Below are positions 29,484 through 38,533 of a stretch of 64,000 nucleotides of DNA, in pieces. The notes below the pieces were generated by a model that saw nothing but the letters and a program-made list of their open reading frames with translations, made no database searches and was not told the origin of the DNA. The stretch comes from Clostridiales bacterium (GTDB taxonomy: Bacteria > Bacillota > Dehalobacteriia > UBA7702). The position numbers and the translations under genes were made by a program. Every line of letters starts with the position of its first letter. The first letter of the stretch is position 1. Location: NCBI GenBank assembly GCA_036644995.1, contig JAVXOZ010000002.1:50128-114127 (forward strand), in the 5' to 3' direction.

Positions 29484-29566
29484 GTAATTAAAATAATGCA
29501 ATATATCGTAATTAACAATATATCGTAATTAACAATATATCGTAATTAAAATAATGCAATATATCC
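29484..29566. repeat. Tandem direct repeat, 17 bp x 3 (CAATATATCGTAATTAA), flanked by TAATTAAAATAATG
   Basis: Three exact units at 29499-29549 between convergent genes; iteron-like. Confidence 0.9.
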
Positions 29567-29725
29567 CAAAATAGCAGAATTAAAATTTTATATGATAAAA
29601 AAATCCGAATAGGCATTGGTTTTCACCTTTGCTTATTTGGATTTTATTATATTTTTAGCCTTATAATTGAGAGGGAATTTTAGGATAAGTTATTTGATTA
29701 TGGCACTATATTTAAGTTTTTTAGG

Positions 29726-30616
29726 TTAATTTTTCGCTGTTTTTGCGGTGCTTGGGAATATTTGCAAGAGCACAACAGCGGCTATAATGGCAATACTGCC
29801 TAAAATTTGACTCACTGTGAGTATCTCTCCCAAAAAAACAGCGGCTAAAATAAGACCAAAGCCAGGTTCTGTGGATGCGGCAATACCTACTTGACCAGGG
29901 GTTAAAAATCTCAAGCCACGGGCATAAAAAATAAATGCCAAAATGTAAGGTACTATGGTTGAGGATATTTGCAGAGCTTCTGTGGCTGTGGGTAAACTTT
30001 GGGGCGGCTGAAAACACAACATAATAGTGTAACCCACAGCGGAACATAAAAAGCTGTAAAAGGTGATGGTGAAAGAGGAATATTTGGTGGTAATCCCCTT
30101 GATGGTAATGGCATATGCTGCGGCACCCACCGCTGCACCAAGAGCTAAAAGCACACCTATAAAGGATATTTGTCCCAAGGTGGCAGTGAAAATATTTAAG
30201 GTTAAAATAATCCCAAAAAAAGTAAGCCCCAAGGCTATGGCAATTATTTTGGTTATGGGTTCTTTAAACACAAATATAGAGGCAACCACTACCATGGAGG
30301 GGTAAGTATACAGTAAAATAATGGCAATGGAAATATCTAAATATACAAGGCTGAAAAAATAACCCGCAGAATATAAAAACATAACAATCCCTGCAAAAAC
30401 AATGGTTTTTATATCTTGGATTTCCACTTTAAAAAGTTTTTTGTTGATAATAAACACAACCAAGCCCAAAACCACGGCACAGCCTGTGTTTCTGAGAAAA
30501 ACTGTAAATAATGGTGCAAGACCGGAGTTTAACAGGGCTTTGCTTAAAATCCCTGTGAGGGCATAACAAAAGCTGGATGCTAAAACCAGACTGAGCCCCT
30601 GAAAATTTTTGTTCAT
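29726..30616 (-). CDS. DMT-superfamily (EamA) transporter
   Basis: 296 aa, 10 TM, two EamA domains. Confidence 0.85.
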   Translation of the reverse strand: MNKNFQGLSLVLASSFCYALTGILSKALLNSGLAPLFTVFLRNTGCAVVLGLVVFIINKKLFKVEIQDIKTIVFAGIVMFLYSAGYFFSLVYLDISIAIILLYTYPSMVVVASIFVFKEPITKIIAIALGLTFFGIILTLNIFTATLGQISFIGVLLALGAAVGAAAYAITIKGITTKYSSFTITFYSFLCSAVGYTIMLCFQPPQSLPTATEALQISSTIVPYILAFIFYARGLRFLTPGQVGIAASTEPGFGLILAAVFLGEILTVSQILGSIAIIAAVVLLQIFPSTAKTAKN

Positions 30617-31566
30617 AGTGTACTATTTGTAACCTTTCTGTTTTTAGGATTTATTTTATCTATAAGCCATTGCCCTTTTTCCATAAATACCACTCCGCCC
30701 AAAACTAAAATACAACCGCAAAATTGCCATGGGGTTAAGGTTTCACCTAAGATAACTATTGCCATGGTAACGCTGAATACAGGGTCTAAGGTAACTACCA
30801 AGCTGGCTTCTCCTGCCCCAATATATTGCATACAAACTATGTAAAGTGAATATGCAGTTAAGCCCACCAGTGCCACAATAAAAATAATACCCATGAGCTT
30901 GGGTGTCCAATTAAATGTAGCTATTTTGGGGATGCCGACCACAAAAAATATGGGGAAGGCGATGAAATAACCCCAAGAATTTACCGTCCATCCGGAATAG
31001 CTGCGGCTGAGTTTTGCTGCCACAATGGTAAATAATGAGCCAAAAAGACCCGAAGCCAACCCAATAATTAAGCCAAAAATAACCGAAGGAATCCCAAATA
31101 CTTTAAAGGTACTCCCCGCTGCAACACTGCCAATTTTAAATACTTCTATAATTAAAATTACACCCATAAATGCCATGAATGTGGCAATTATTTTAGGGGT
31201 GGTGAGTGGTTCTTTTAACATTACCCGAGAAAGCAAAACCGTGAAAACAGGTAATGTGTAAAGTAAAACCGTGGCAATGGCGGCATCTATATAATAAAGT
31301 GCACAATAGTTGGTGATGGAGGATAATGCTATACAAGAACCATAGGCAATAAATAAGGGCAAATCTTTTTTCTTGATATTAAAAACATCCCGAGCAAAAA
31401 ATATAGCGTATAATAGCACTAAAATTCCGGGTATCATCCCACGGCAACACACCACTACTTGCCAAGGAAAGCCCGTGCCGTAAAGGAGTTTACCCAGTAT
31501 GGGACCCATGGAATAAGCTAAAGCAGATAGCAAACAAAGCGTTATGCCTTTTTGTTTGTTTTTCAC
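30613..31566 (-). CDS. DMT-superfamily (EamA) transporter, tandem paralogue
   Basis: 317 aa, two EamA domains; 4 bp overlap with the downstream paralogue. Confidence 0.85.
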   Translation of the reverse strand: MKNKQKGITLCLLSALAYSMGPILGKLLYGTGFPWQVVVCCRGMIPGILVLLYAIFFARDVFNIKKKDLPLFIAYGSCIALSSITNYCALYYIDAAIATVLLYTLPVFTVLLSRVMLKEPLTTPKIIATFMAFMGVILIIEVFKIGSVAAGSTFKVFGIPSVIFGLIIGLASGLFGSLFTIVAAKLSRSYSGWTVNSWGYFIAFPIFFVVGIPKIATFNWTPKLMGIIFIVALVGLTAYSLYIVCMQYIGAGEASLVVTLDPVFSVTMAIVILGETLTPWQFCGCILVLGGVVFMEKGQWLIDKINPKNRKVTNSTL

Positions 31567-31722
31567 TGTAATTTCTCCTTTTTTTTTGCTTTTTTTAACT
31601 ACGAATTATAGTATATCACTTTATATATAAAATGGTAGATAAAAATGAAAATTTTCATTGAAAACCCAAGGAAATTTGTTTATACTTATATATTATAGAA
31701 ATAATTAAAAAGAGGTGTGTTT

Positions 31723-32466
31723 ATGAATCCCATTGCTTTTACCATTGGGGGTTGGCCTGTGCGTTGGTACGGAATATCAATTGCCACAGCATTATTGCTG
31801 GGGGTTTTTTTAGCTACTTATCTGGGAAAAAAGCGTGGTCTCAACGAGGATAACCTGTGGACTATGGTTCTTTGTGCCATACCTGTTGCAGTTATTGGCT
31901 CCAGAATATATTACGTTATTTTTGAATGGTCCCACTATGCTGATAATTTGTGGGAAATTTTTGCCATTTGGCACGGCGGTTTAGCTATCCACGGTACAAT
32001 TATTGGCGGCACTTTAGCGGTTATTTGCTGCTGTTTGTATTATAAAATGGACTTTTTTGAGGTTGGGGATTGCTTTGCCCCTGCCTTGGTTTTGGGCCAA
32101 GCTATTGGCAGGTGGGGAAATTATTTTAACGGTGAGGCACATGGCTATGCCACGGATTTACCCTGGGCAATTAATGTGGATGGGGTGATGGTGCACCCTA
32201 CATTTTTGTATGAATCTTTATGGGATTTGGGGATATTTATTTTGCTGATGGTTCTGTTTAAAAAGAATAAACAGCGGGGAAATTTGGTTTTGATTTATTT
32301 AATGCTTTATTCCGTTGGGCGTTTTTTTATAGAAGTTTTGCGTACCGATAGCTTGATGATAGGGTTTTTGCGTCAGGCTCAGGTTTTTAGCATTACTTTG
32401 TTTGTGGTGGCTTTGGCTGTTTATATTTACCGCAATTTTTATAAGGCAAAAAAAGGTTTAAAATAA
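31723..32466 (+). CDS. lgt: Prolipoprotein diacylglyceryl transferase
   Basis: MNPIAFTIGGWPVRWYGI... with the Lgt signature (GGLAIHG). Confidence 0.9.
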   Translation: MNPIAFTIGGWPVRWYGISIATALLLGVFLATYLGKKRGLNEDNLWTMVLCAIPVAVIGSRIYYVIFEWSHYADNLWEIFAIWHGGLAIHGTIIGGTLAVICCCLYYKMDFFEVGDCFAPALVLGQAIGRWGNYFNGEAHGYATDLPWAINVDGVMVHPTFLYESLWDLGIFILLMVLFKKNKQRGNLVLIYLMLYSVGRFFIEVLRTDSLMIGFLRQAQVFSITLFVVALAVYIYRNFYKAKKGLK

Positions 32467-32541
32467 ACTAAAAAGTGGAATAATCATTAAGGAAGTCGGC
32501 TTTTTATAATTTTTTATTGAAAAGTCGGAGTTTAATATGAA

Positions 32542-33036
32542 ATGTATAATATATATTTAATCGGATTGATGGGGTCGGGGAAAACTGCCATTGGCAAAAT
32601 TTTGGCAAAAAAAATTCACCGTCGCTTTGTGGATACCGATGGAAAAATAGAAAAAGAATATAACTTGCCTGTGGCAAAGATTTTTGCCAACATGGGGGAG
32701 GCTGCCTTTCGTGATAAAGAAACCGAGGTTCTGCGTGATTTATCTAAGCGGAAAAACCGAGTGGTTTCCACGGGTGGTGGTGCTGTTTTGCGTAAAGAAA
32801 ACATTGATTTAATGAGAAAAAGCGGCAAGGTAATTTGGCTGAAACGTCGCCCGGAATTAATATTAACCGGTACACGGATTCATTTGCGACCCCTATTGGC
32901 AAAAGACCCCAATAAAATTTACGATATTGCCATAGAGAGAGAGCCTCTCTATGAAGCAGCCTGCGATTTTGTGGTAATAAACGAAGGCGATAAACATAAA
33001 ACCGTAGCGGACATATTAAAAAAGCTGCGAAAATAG
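32542..33036 (+). CDS. aroK: Shikimate kinase
   Basis: LIGLMGSGKT P-loop; 164 aa SK fold. Confidence 0.9.
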   Translation: MYNIYLIGLMGSGKTAIGKILAKKIHRRFVDTDGKIEKEYNLPVAKIFANMGEAAFRDKETEVLRDLSKRKNRVVSTGGGAVLRKENIDLMRKSGKVIWLKRRPELILTGTRIHLRPLLAKDPNKIYDIAIEREPLYEAACDFVVINEGDKHKTVADILKKLRK

Positions 33037-33346
33037 GTTTAAAGAACCCTTATTCAGTAACTAAAACCGAAAAAGTATTAAATTAAATACAGAGATTAAC
33101 ATAGTACGAGTTCTATTTTAGTAAAGAAACCCAATCTCCTCCCACCGCAGCAGGGGGAAGTTTGAAGGGGGAGAAGCTCCCACCTTCATTATACTAATAG
33201 CAAAAATCTTCGAAATCGGCAAAAGAATTTTTTGGATTTTATTAAAAAAGCTGCGAAAATAAAAAGGAATTTTGTCGCTTTTTTAGGTCTTTTTTCCCTC
33301 TGATTTATATATAATTTATATAAACATAATTGGTCGGAGGGTGCTT

Positions 33347-33601
33347 ATGAATTGGGAAGATAGCTTTTACCCTTTGGTTGCCGGGAGTTTTCACCGATTG
33401 CCCGAAGAAATAAACGAAAATACTCGCTTTAAAAAAGATTTAAAAGTGGATTCCTTGGGCTTTTTGGAAATGATTTTAAATGTGGAATGCTATTATCACT
33501 GTGTTTTAGATGATGAGCTTTTGTCTTTGGTTATCACTGTGGGTGATTTAAAAAGACTTTTAGGTAGAAAAATAGCAGGAATGGTTGGAGTTTATGAGTG
33601 A
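33347..33601 (+). CDS. Acyl-carrier-protein-like small protein (DSL phosphopantetheine-attachment-like motif, Ser36)
   Basis: 84 aa; KKDLKVDSLGFLEMILNVE with Ser at position 36 as in ACP/DltC; RBS GGAGG precedes ATG 33347. Confidence 0.55.
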   Translation: MNWEDSFYPLVAGSFHRLPEEINENTRFKKDLKVDSLGFLEMILNVECYYHCVLDDELLSLVITVGDLKRLLGRKIAGMVGVYE

Positions 33602-34862
33602 TATTTTAAATAAAAAATACCATATAGCCATTATTGGCGGTGGTGCTTCGGGGCTGGCAGCGGCTATTGCTGCGAAAAAAACAGCCACGGCGGATTTATC
33701 CGTGGCTGTTTTTGAACGACAACTTAGAGTGGGGAAAAAATTGATAGCCACAGGCAATGGACGCTGCAACTATACCAATGTGAGTACCAAAGCCGAAAAT
33801 TATAATTTTTCTGCCCGAGAATTTGCAAAAATTGCCTTATCTAAATTTACACCGGAAAATAATATCTCCTTCTTTGAAAAATTGGGGATTTATCCTGATT
33901 ATGAGGAAAATGGCAAGGTTTACCCTTATAGTCACCAATCATCATCCTTCGTGGATGTGCTGCGGTTCAGTGCTGAAAACTTGGGCATTGAAATAATAAC
34001 CGAAACTGAGGTACAAGCTGTAAAACCCCATGGCATCTACTTTAAAGTCGCCACTGATATGGGGGATTTTGAAGCGAAAAAAGTTATTTTTGCCACAGGT
34101 GGCATGGCTTCCCCGGATTTGGGGGGCACCGTTAAAGGCTATAATTTGGCAAGGAGTATGGGGCACAGTGTTGGTGATTTATCACCTGCATTGGTTCAGA
34201 TTAAAACCGAAAATGATCTGCCCAAATCTTTAAAAGGTATAAAATTTTGGGGTAATGCCACTTTGAAATCCGCAGATAAAATTTTAGGAGAAGAACAAGG
34301 GGAAATATTATTTGCGGAATATGGGCTTTCGGGTTTGCCTATTTTGCAGCTTTCCTGCTATTTGGTGGGACAGCCCTTGGGGGATGTTTGGGTTTTTTTG
34401 GATTTTTTCCCTAAAATCAGTAAAAATGAATTAATCGAAATACTTAAGGAACGTCAAAAATTATTGGGACATTTGACTTTGGAAAATTATTTTACGGGAT
34501 TTATGAATAAAAAAACAGCCCAGCTTTTACTGAAACGCATTTTGGACAGGCAGTTGAGTTTTAAGGTTGAGGATTTATCTACAGAGGATATTTTCCGCAT
34601 AGCTTCAGGGGTAAAAGGGTTTAAATTAGCTGTGCAGGGTGTTACCGGTTGGAAAAATGCCCAAGTTACCGCCGGTGGTGTGGCAACCGCTGAGGTGTTT
34701 AATGAGAGTATGGAAAGTAAAATTGTACAGGGCATATATTTTTGCGGTGAATTGTTGGATGTTAATGGAGATTGCGGCGGCTTTAATTTGCAATGGGCTT
34801 GGAGCAGCGGTAGGCTCAGTGGAGAAAGTGCGGTAAAGGCATTGGGTATGGAAAATGATTAG
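33594..34862 (+). CDS. HI0933-family FAD flavoprotein (aminoacetone-oxidase-like NAD(FAD)-utilising dehydrogenase)
   Basis: IAIIGGGASGLAAAIAA Rossmann motif; HI0933-like fold. Start ATG 33594 overlaps the end of the ACP-like gene by 8 nt. Confidence 0.85.
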   Translation: MSDILNKKYHIAIIGGGASGLAAAIAAKKTATADLSVAVFERQLRVGKKLIATGNGRCNYTNVSTKAENYNFSAREFAKIALSKFTPENNISFFEKLGIYPDYEENGKVYPYSHQSSSFVDVLRFSAENLGIEIITETEVQAVKPHGIYFKVATDMGDFEAKKVIFATGGMASPDLGGTVKGYNLARSMGHSVGDLSPALVQIKTENDLPKSLKGIKFWGNATLKSADKILGEEQGEILFAEYGLSGLPILQLSCYLVGQPLGDVWVFLDFFPKISKNELIEILKERQKLLGHLTLENYFTGFMNKKTAQLLLKRILDRQLSFKVEDLSTEDIFRIASGVKGFKLAVQGVTGWKNAQVTAGGVATAEVFNESMESKIVQGIYFCGELLDVNGDCGGFNLQWAWSSGRLSGESAVKALGMEND

Positions 34863-36432
34863 AATAGATGAAATAAAGCTTCCTATAAATTATAGCGATG
34901 TTGATTTGTATAATGCCGTTGCCAAACGGCTTAAATCTAAAGTGGGACAATTTAAAAATGTAAAATTGGTGCGGAAGTCCATGGATGCCCGAAAAAAAGA
35001 GCAAATTCACTTTGTGGTAGGGGTAACCTTGGATTTTGTGGGAAATGAAGATAAAAAGATTAAGCAGCTAAAAGATAAGAAAATAACTAAAGCTGTAAAT
35101 TTCTCCTATAAAATGCCCATGGTGGATTATGGTGGCAGATATAGACCTGTGGTGGTTGGTGCAGGGCCATGCGGTATATTTGCCGCTTTGGTTTTAGCTG
35201 AAGCAGGGCTTAAACCCTTGGTGATTGAAGGTGGCAAAGATGTTGTTGAGCGTAAAAAAGATGTGGAAAACTTTTGGCAAAAGGGGCTTTTTTCACCTTC
35301 CAGCAATGTGCAATTTGGTGAAGGTGGTGCAGGGGCTTTCTCCGATGGGAAGTTAACCACAGGCACTAAGGATTTGCGGCATCGCCGTATTTTGGCGGAT
35401 TTTGTTAAAGCCGGAGCACCTGAAGAAATATTGTATTTAGCCAAACCCCATATAGGCTCGGATAATTTACCACATGTGGTGGAAAATTTGCGGCGGCGCA
35501 TAGAGAATTTGGGTGGGGAATATCGTTTTTCTACTTTGTTAAAGGACATAATTGTGGAAAAAAATGCCGTTACAGGTATTGTGGTGGAAAGTGATTTGGG
35601 TACGGAAACTTGGGATTGCGACCGCTTGATTTTGGCTTTGGGGCACAGTGCCCGTAATACATATGAAATGCTATACAGCCATGGTGTGGCTATGGAGCCC
35701 AAGGCTTTTTCCTTGGGAGTTCGTATTGAACACAGCCAAAGTGCAATAAATATTGCTCAATTTGGGGTAGATGAATTTGGGGCGGCGGATTATAAATTGG
35801 CGGTGCATTTGCCCAATGGTCGCTCCGCTTACACTTTTTGTATGTGCCCCGGTGGGGTTGTGGTTGGTGCAGCATCGGAAAATGGTGGTGTGGTAACCAA
35901 CGGCATGAGTGTTTTTGCCCGAGATGGAGTAAATGCCAACAGTGCTTTGTTAATTGGGGTTACGCCCCAAGATTTTCCCGGGGAGGAGCCTTTGGCGGGA
36001 ATGCGGTGGCAAAGGGATATTGAGGCAAAAGCTTTTTTGGCAGGGGGCGGTGATTTTGGGGCACCATGCCAAAGATTAGGGGATTTTATGGAGTATCGTC
36101 CCAGTTTGAGCTGTGGAAAAATTTTGCCTACATATTTACCACGGGTGCAAATGGGAGAGGTTGCTTCTTGTCTTCCTGATTTTATTGGCGAGAGCATTGC
36201 CATGGCTATACCGCTATTGGCAGCTAAGCTAAAAATATTTGATGACCCCGATGCTTTGCTTACCGCACCGGAAACACGCAGCTCTGCCCCTGTGAAAATT
36301 CTTAGAGATGAAGGTGGGGAAAGCAGTATAAAGGGGCTTTACCCAGCAGGGGAAGGCAGTGGCTATGCAGGTGGTATTATGTCCTCGGCGGCGGATGGCT
36401 TGAAAATTGGAGAAAATGTTTTAAAATTTTAA
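34855..36432 (+). CDS. COG2509-type FAD-dependent dehydrogenase
   Basis: N-terminal ~90 aa domain, then VVVGAGPCGIFAALVLAEAG FAD motif; overlaps the upstream flavoprotein by 8 nt. Confidence 0.85.
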   Translation: MIRIDEIKLPINYSDVDLYNAVAKRLKSKVGQFKNVKLVRKSMDARKKEQIHFVVGVTLDFVGNEDKKIKQLKDKKITKAVNFSYKMPMVDYGGRYRPVVVGAGPCGIFAALVLAEAGLKPLVIEGGKDVVERKKDVENFWQKGLFSPSSNVQFGEGGAGAFSDGKLTTGTKDLRHRRILADFVKAGAPEEILYLAKPHIGSDNLPHVVENLRRRIENLGGEYRFSTLLKDIIVEKNAVTGIVVESDLGTETWDCDRLILALGHSARNTYEMLYSHGVAMEPKAFSLGVRIEHSQSAINIAQFGVDEFGAADYKLAVHLPNGRSAYTFCMCPGGVVVGAASENGGVVTNGMSVFARDGVNANSALLIGVTPQDFPGEEPLAGMRWQRDIEAKAFLAGGGDFGAPCQRLGDFMEYRPSLSCGKILPTYLPRVQMGEVASCLPDFIGESIAMAIPLLAAKLKIFDDPDALLTAPETRSSAPVKILRDEGGESSIKGLYPAGEGSGYAGGIMSSAADGLKIGENVLKF

Positions 36433-36477
36433 AATGTCTCTTGTGTAAAACAAGAAACACGGTTACAATATATATAT

Positions 36478-36600
36478 AGGCTGTGGATAAAGTTTGATAT
36501 TTGGCAAAATCCCTTCCCACCCACTGCTTATGTACATATAGGTACACTGCACAGTGGCTGTTCAGGAGTTTTACCGAATCTAAGCCTTTCTTAACAGCCT
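36478..36600 (+). repeat. Interspersed palindromic repeat, copy D
   Basis: AGGCTGTGGATAAAGTTTGATATTTGGCAAAATCCC...GGAGTTTTACCGAATCTAAGCCTTTCTTAACAGCCT + GACAATCTGA. Confidence 0.9.
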
Positions 36601-36696
36601 GACAATCTGAATTATATAAGGTTACGCAAATTTTTTAGAAACCTAATAACTGTTTTAATTGCTAACTAAAACCAAATATTTGATATGAGGTGATTT

Positions 36697-36867
36697 TATG
36701 AAAAAATTTATTGGTATTCTCTTGGGAGTGTTGGCATTGTGTGTTTCTGTGGCGGCATTTATCTATGTTTTTAATGATAAGGAATGTTGCCCCTGTAAAA
36801 AGGTAAAAGAATTTTTCACCGAAAAAGATTTCACTGTTCTTCCTATGGAAGAGGATGCTGAGGTTTA
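36697..36867 (+). CDS. Small (56 aa) single-TM protein with CCxC motif
   Basis: MKKFIGILLGVLALCVSVAAFIYVFNDKECCPCKKVKEFF...; RBS GAGGTG 7 nt upstream. Below the track's length cutoff. Ends 8 bp before the K+ channel gene. Confidence 0.45.
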
Positions 36868-36874
36868 ATTTTAG

Positions 36875-37660
36875 GTGAATAATACATTTCCGTGGAAGCA
36901 ATTACAAATGCCCTATGAATTTTTAATGGCGGTTCTTGCTTTTATAAACTTATATTTTTATTATTTTGAATTTACCGGCGCATTGGATCCTCAAGGGGTT
37001 GAGGTGGCTCATGTTATTGATATTGCTACGATTGTGATTTTTTCCCTTGATTATTTAGTGCGGCTTTATTTAGCCAAAGATAAAAAACATTATTTACGGC
37101 ACAATGTTTTGGACCTTATTGCTTTGATTCCTTTAAATCCTGTATTTAGAGGGGCAAGGCTGTTTCGTTGTGTGGTGCTTTTTGCCAGATTTTTTAAAAG
37201 GCTCCGTTCTTTTAGTTCGGTAAATATGTTTCTTTATGTTTCTTTTGGCACTATTGTTGTGCTTTTAACCTCGGCTTTATTGGTGGCTCCCTTGGAAGGA
37301 ATGACTTTTTTTGAAGGAATTTGGTGGGGGGTTGTAACCATAGCCACTGTGGGATATGGGGATTTTATTCCTGTTACCACTCCGGGGCGGATAATTGCCA
37401 TGGTTTTAATGTTTACCGGTATTGGTTTTTTGAGTTTTTTAACAGGTACTGTTACCACCCATTATGTAAATGCCCGTATGGAAAGGGTGAGTATTCATTC
37501 CCAGCGTGGCATTATAAAGCATTATCAAAAACAACTTTATCATTTTGATGATATGACGGGTAAGGATATAGATGATATGTGCCATGCTTTAAATGCCTTG
37601 AAAAGCCAAGATTTAAAGGAAAAGGCGGCTAAGGAAAAGCCTAAAACCATTGGTGACTGA
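36875..37660 (+). CDS. Voltage-sensor-type 6TM potassium channel (TVGYGD selectivity filter, S4 with R every third residue)
   Basis: Pore VVTIATVGYGDFIPVT; S4-like RGARLFRCVVLFARFFKRLRS. Confidence 0.85.
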   Translation: MNNTFPWKQLQMPYEFLMAVLAFINLYFYYFEFTGALDPQGVEVAHVIDIATIVIFSLDYLVRLYLAKDKKHYLRHNVLDLIALIPLNPVFRGARLFRCVVLFARFFKRLRSFSSVNMFLYVSFGTIVVLLTSALLVAPLEGMTFFEGIWWGVVTIATVGYGDFIPVTTPGRIIAMVLMFTGIGFLSFLTGTVTTHYVNARMERVSIHSQRGIIKHYQKQLYHFDDMTGKDIDDMCHALNALKSQDLKEKAAKEKPKTIGD

Positions 37661-37881
37661 TTATTTTAGATTTTAACAAATTCTGGTATTGAGATAAAAC
37701 TTTGAGTTTTTTGAAATATAATATGGAAAAGATAAGGAAATTGCAGTTTTTGGGAATTTGTCGGTATATGTGATTTTATAAAGCTATGGGTAAAATATTT
37801 GGTTTATTGGTCTATATATAAGGAAGAAAAAAATAAATAATTATATTGGGGTTGCCCAGAGTCCACTTGAGTTTTTTATTG

Positions 37882-37946
37882 AAGTGAATCCTTTTCATTA
37901 GACATATGTTTTGTTTAACGAAAGGGATTCACTTTAATTTTTATTT
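37882..37946 (+). terminator. Intrinsic terminator-like hairpin (13 bp stem AAGTGAATCCTTT/AAAGGGATTCACTT) + T-rich tail
   Basis: Inverted repeat followed by TAATTTTTATTT; ~220 bp downstream of the channel gene. Confidence 0.45.
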
Positions 37947-38074
37947 AGGGGCTTTTTTATGGTTAAATAAAGGGTAAAGCCATATTTTTTAATATTAAGA
38001 AGTGATGCAATAATAGAGTAAGGCATATTTTTTATTTAAGGGTATAATTTGGCAATAATTGGAGAACATAATTT

Positions 38075-38445
38075 AGGCTTTGGATAAAGTCTGATATTCG
38101 GCAAAATCCCTTCATCGTGACCGCTTATGTACATTTAAGTACACTGCACGTCCCCGATTCCGTGAGTTTTGCCGAATCTAAGCCTTTCTTCAAAGCCTAT
38201 GATTAGGATAAAGTCTGATATTCGGCAAAATCCCTTCATCGTGACCGCTTATGTACATTTAAGTACACTGCACGTCCCCGATTCCGAGAGTTTTACCGAA
38301 TCTAAGCCTTTCTTCACAGCCTATGATTAGGATAAAGTCTGATATTCGGCAAAATCCCTTCTCAGCCACTGCTTATGTACATCTATGTACACTGCATAGC
38401 CGCTGCTCAGGGAGTTTTGCCGAATCTAAGCCTTTCTTAACAGTC
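38075..38445 (+). repeat. Three tandem copies (E1 38075-38198, E2 38205-38321, E3 38328-38445) of the interspersed palindromic repeat, immediately upstream of the rpoB promoter
   Basis: Each unit is ~120 bp (AGG(CTTTGG)ATAAAGTCTGATATTCGGCAAAATCCC...GAGTTTT(A/G)CCGAATCTAAGCCTTTCTT(C/A)A(A/C)AGCCT). Units are separated by ATGATT. The last is followed by GACAATCTGA. Confidence 0.9.
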
Positions 38446-38504
38446 TGACAATCTGAGAACATAATTTTGACTGTTTTATTTTTTTAAGTTTTTTAAGATT
38501 AAGG

Positions 38505-38533
38505 TTGACAATTTTGCTTAGTAATGGTATTAT
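38505..38533 (+). promoter_or_regulatory. Sigma-A promoter for rpoB-rpoC (TTGACA -17- TGgTATTAT)
   Basis: Perfect -35 TTGACA (38505-10), 17 nt spacer, extended -10 TGGTATTAT (38525-33); ~200 nt leader to the rpoB ATG. Confidence 0.6.

Noticed and set aside
36662-36901. 79 aa minus-strand ORF overlapping the small membrane-protein gene and the start of the K+ channel
   Set aside because: It lacks an RBS and is antisense to two plus-strand genes that have good translation signals.
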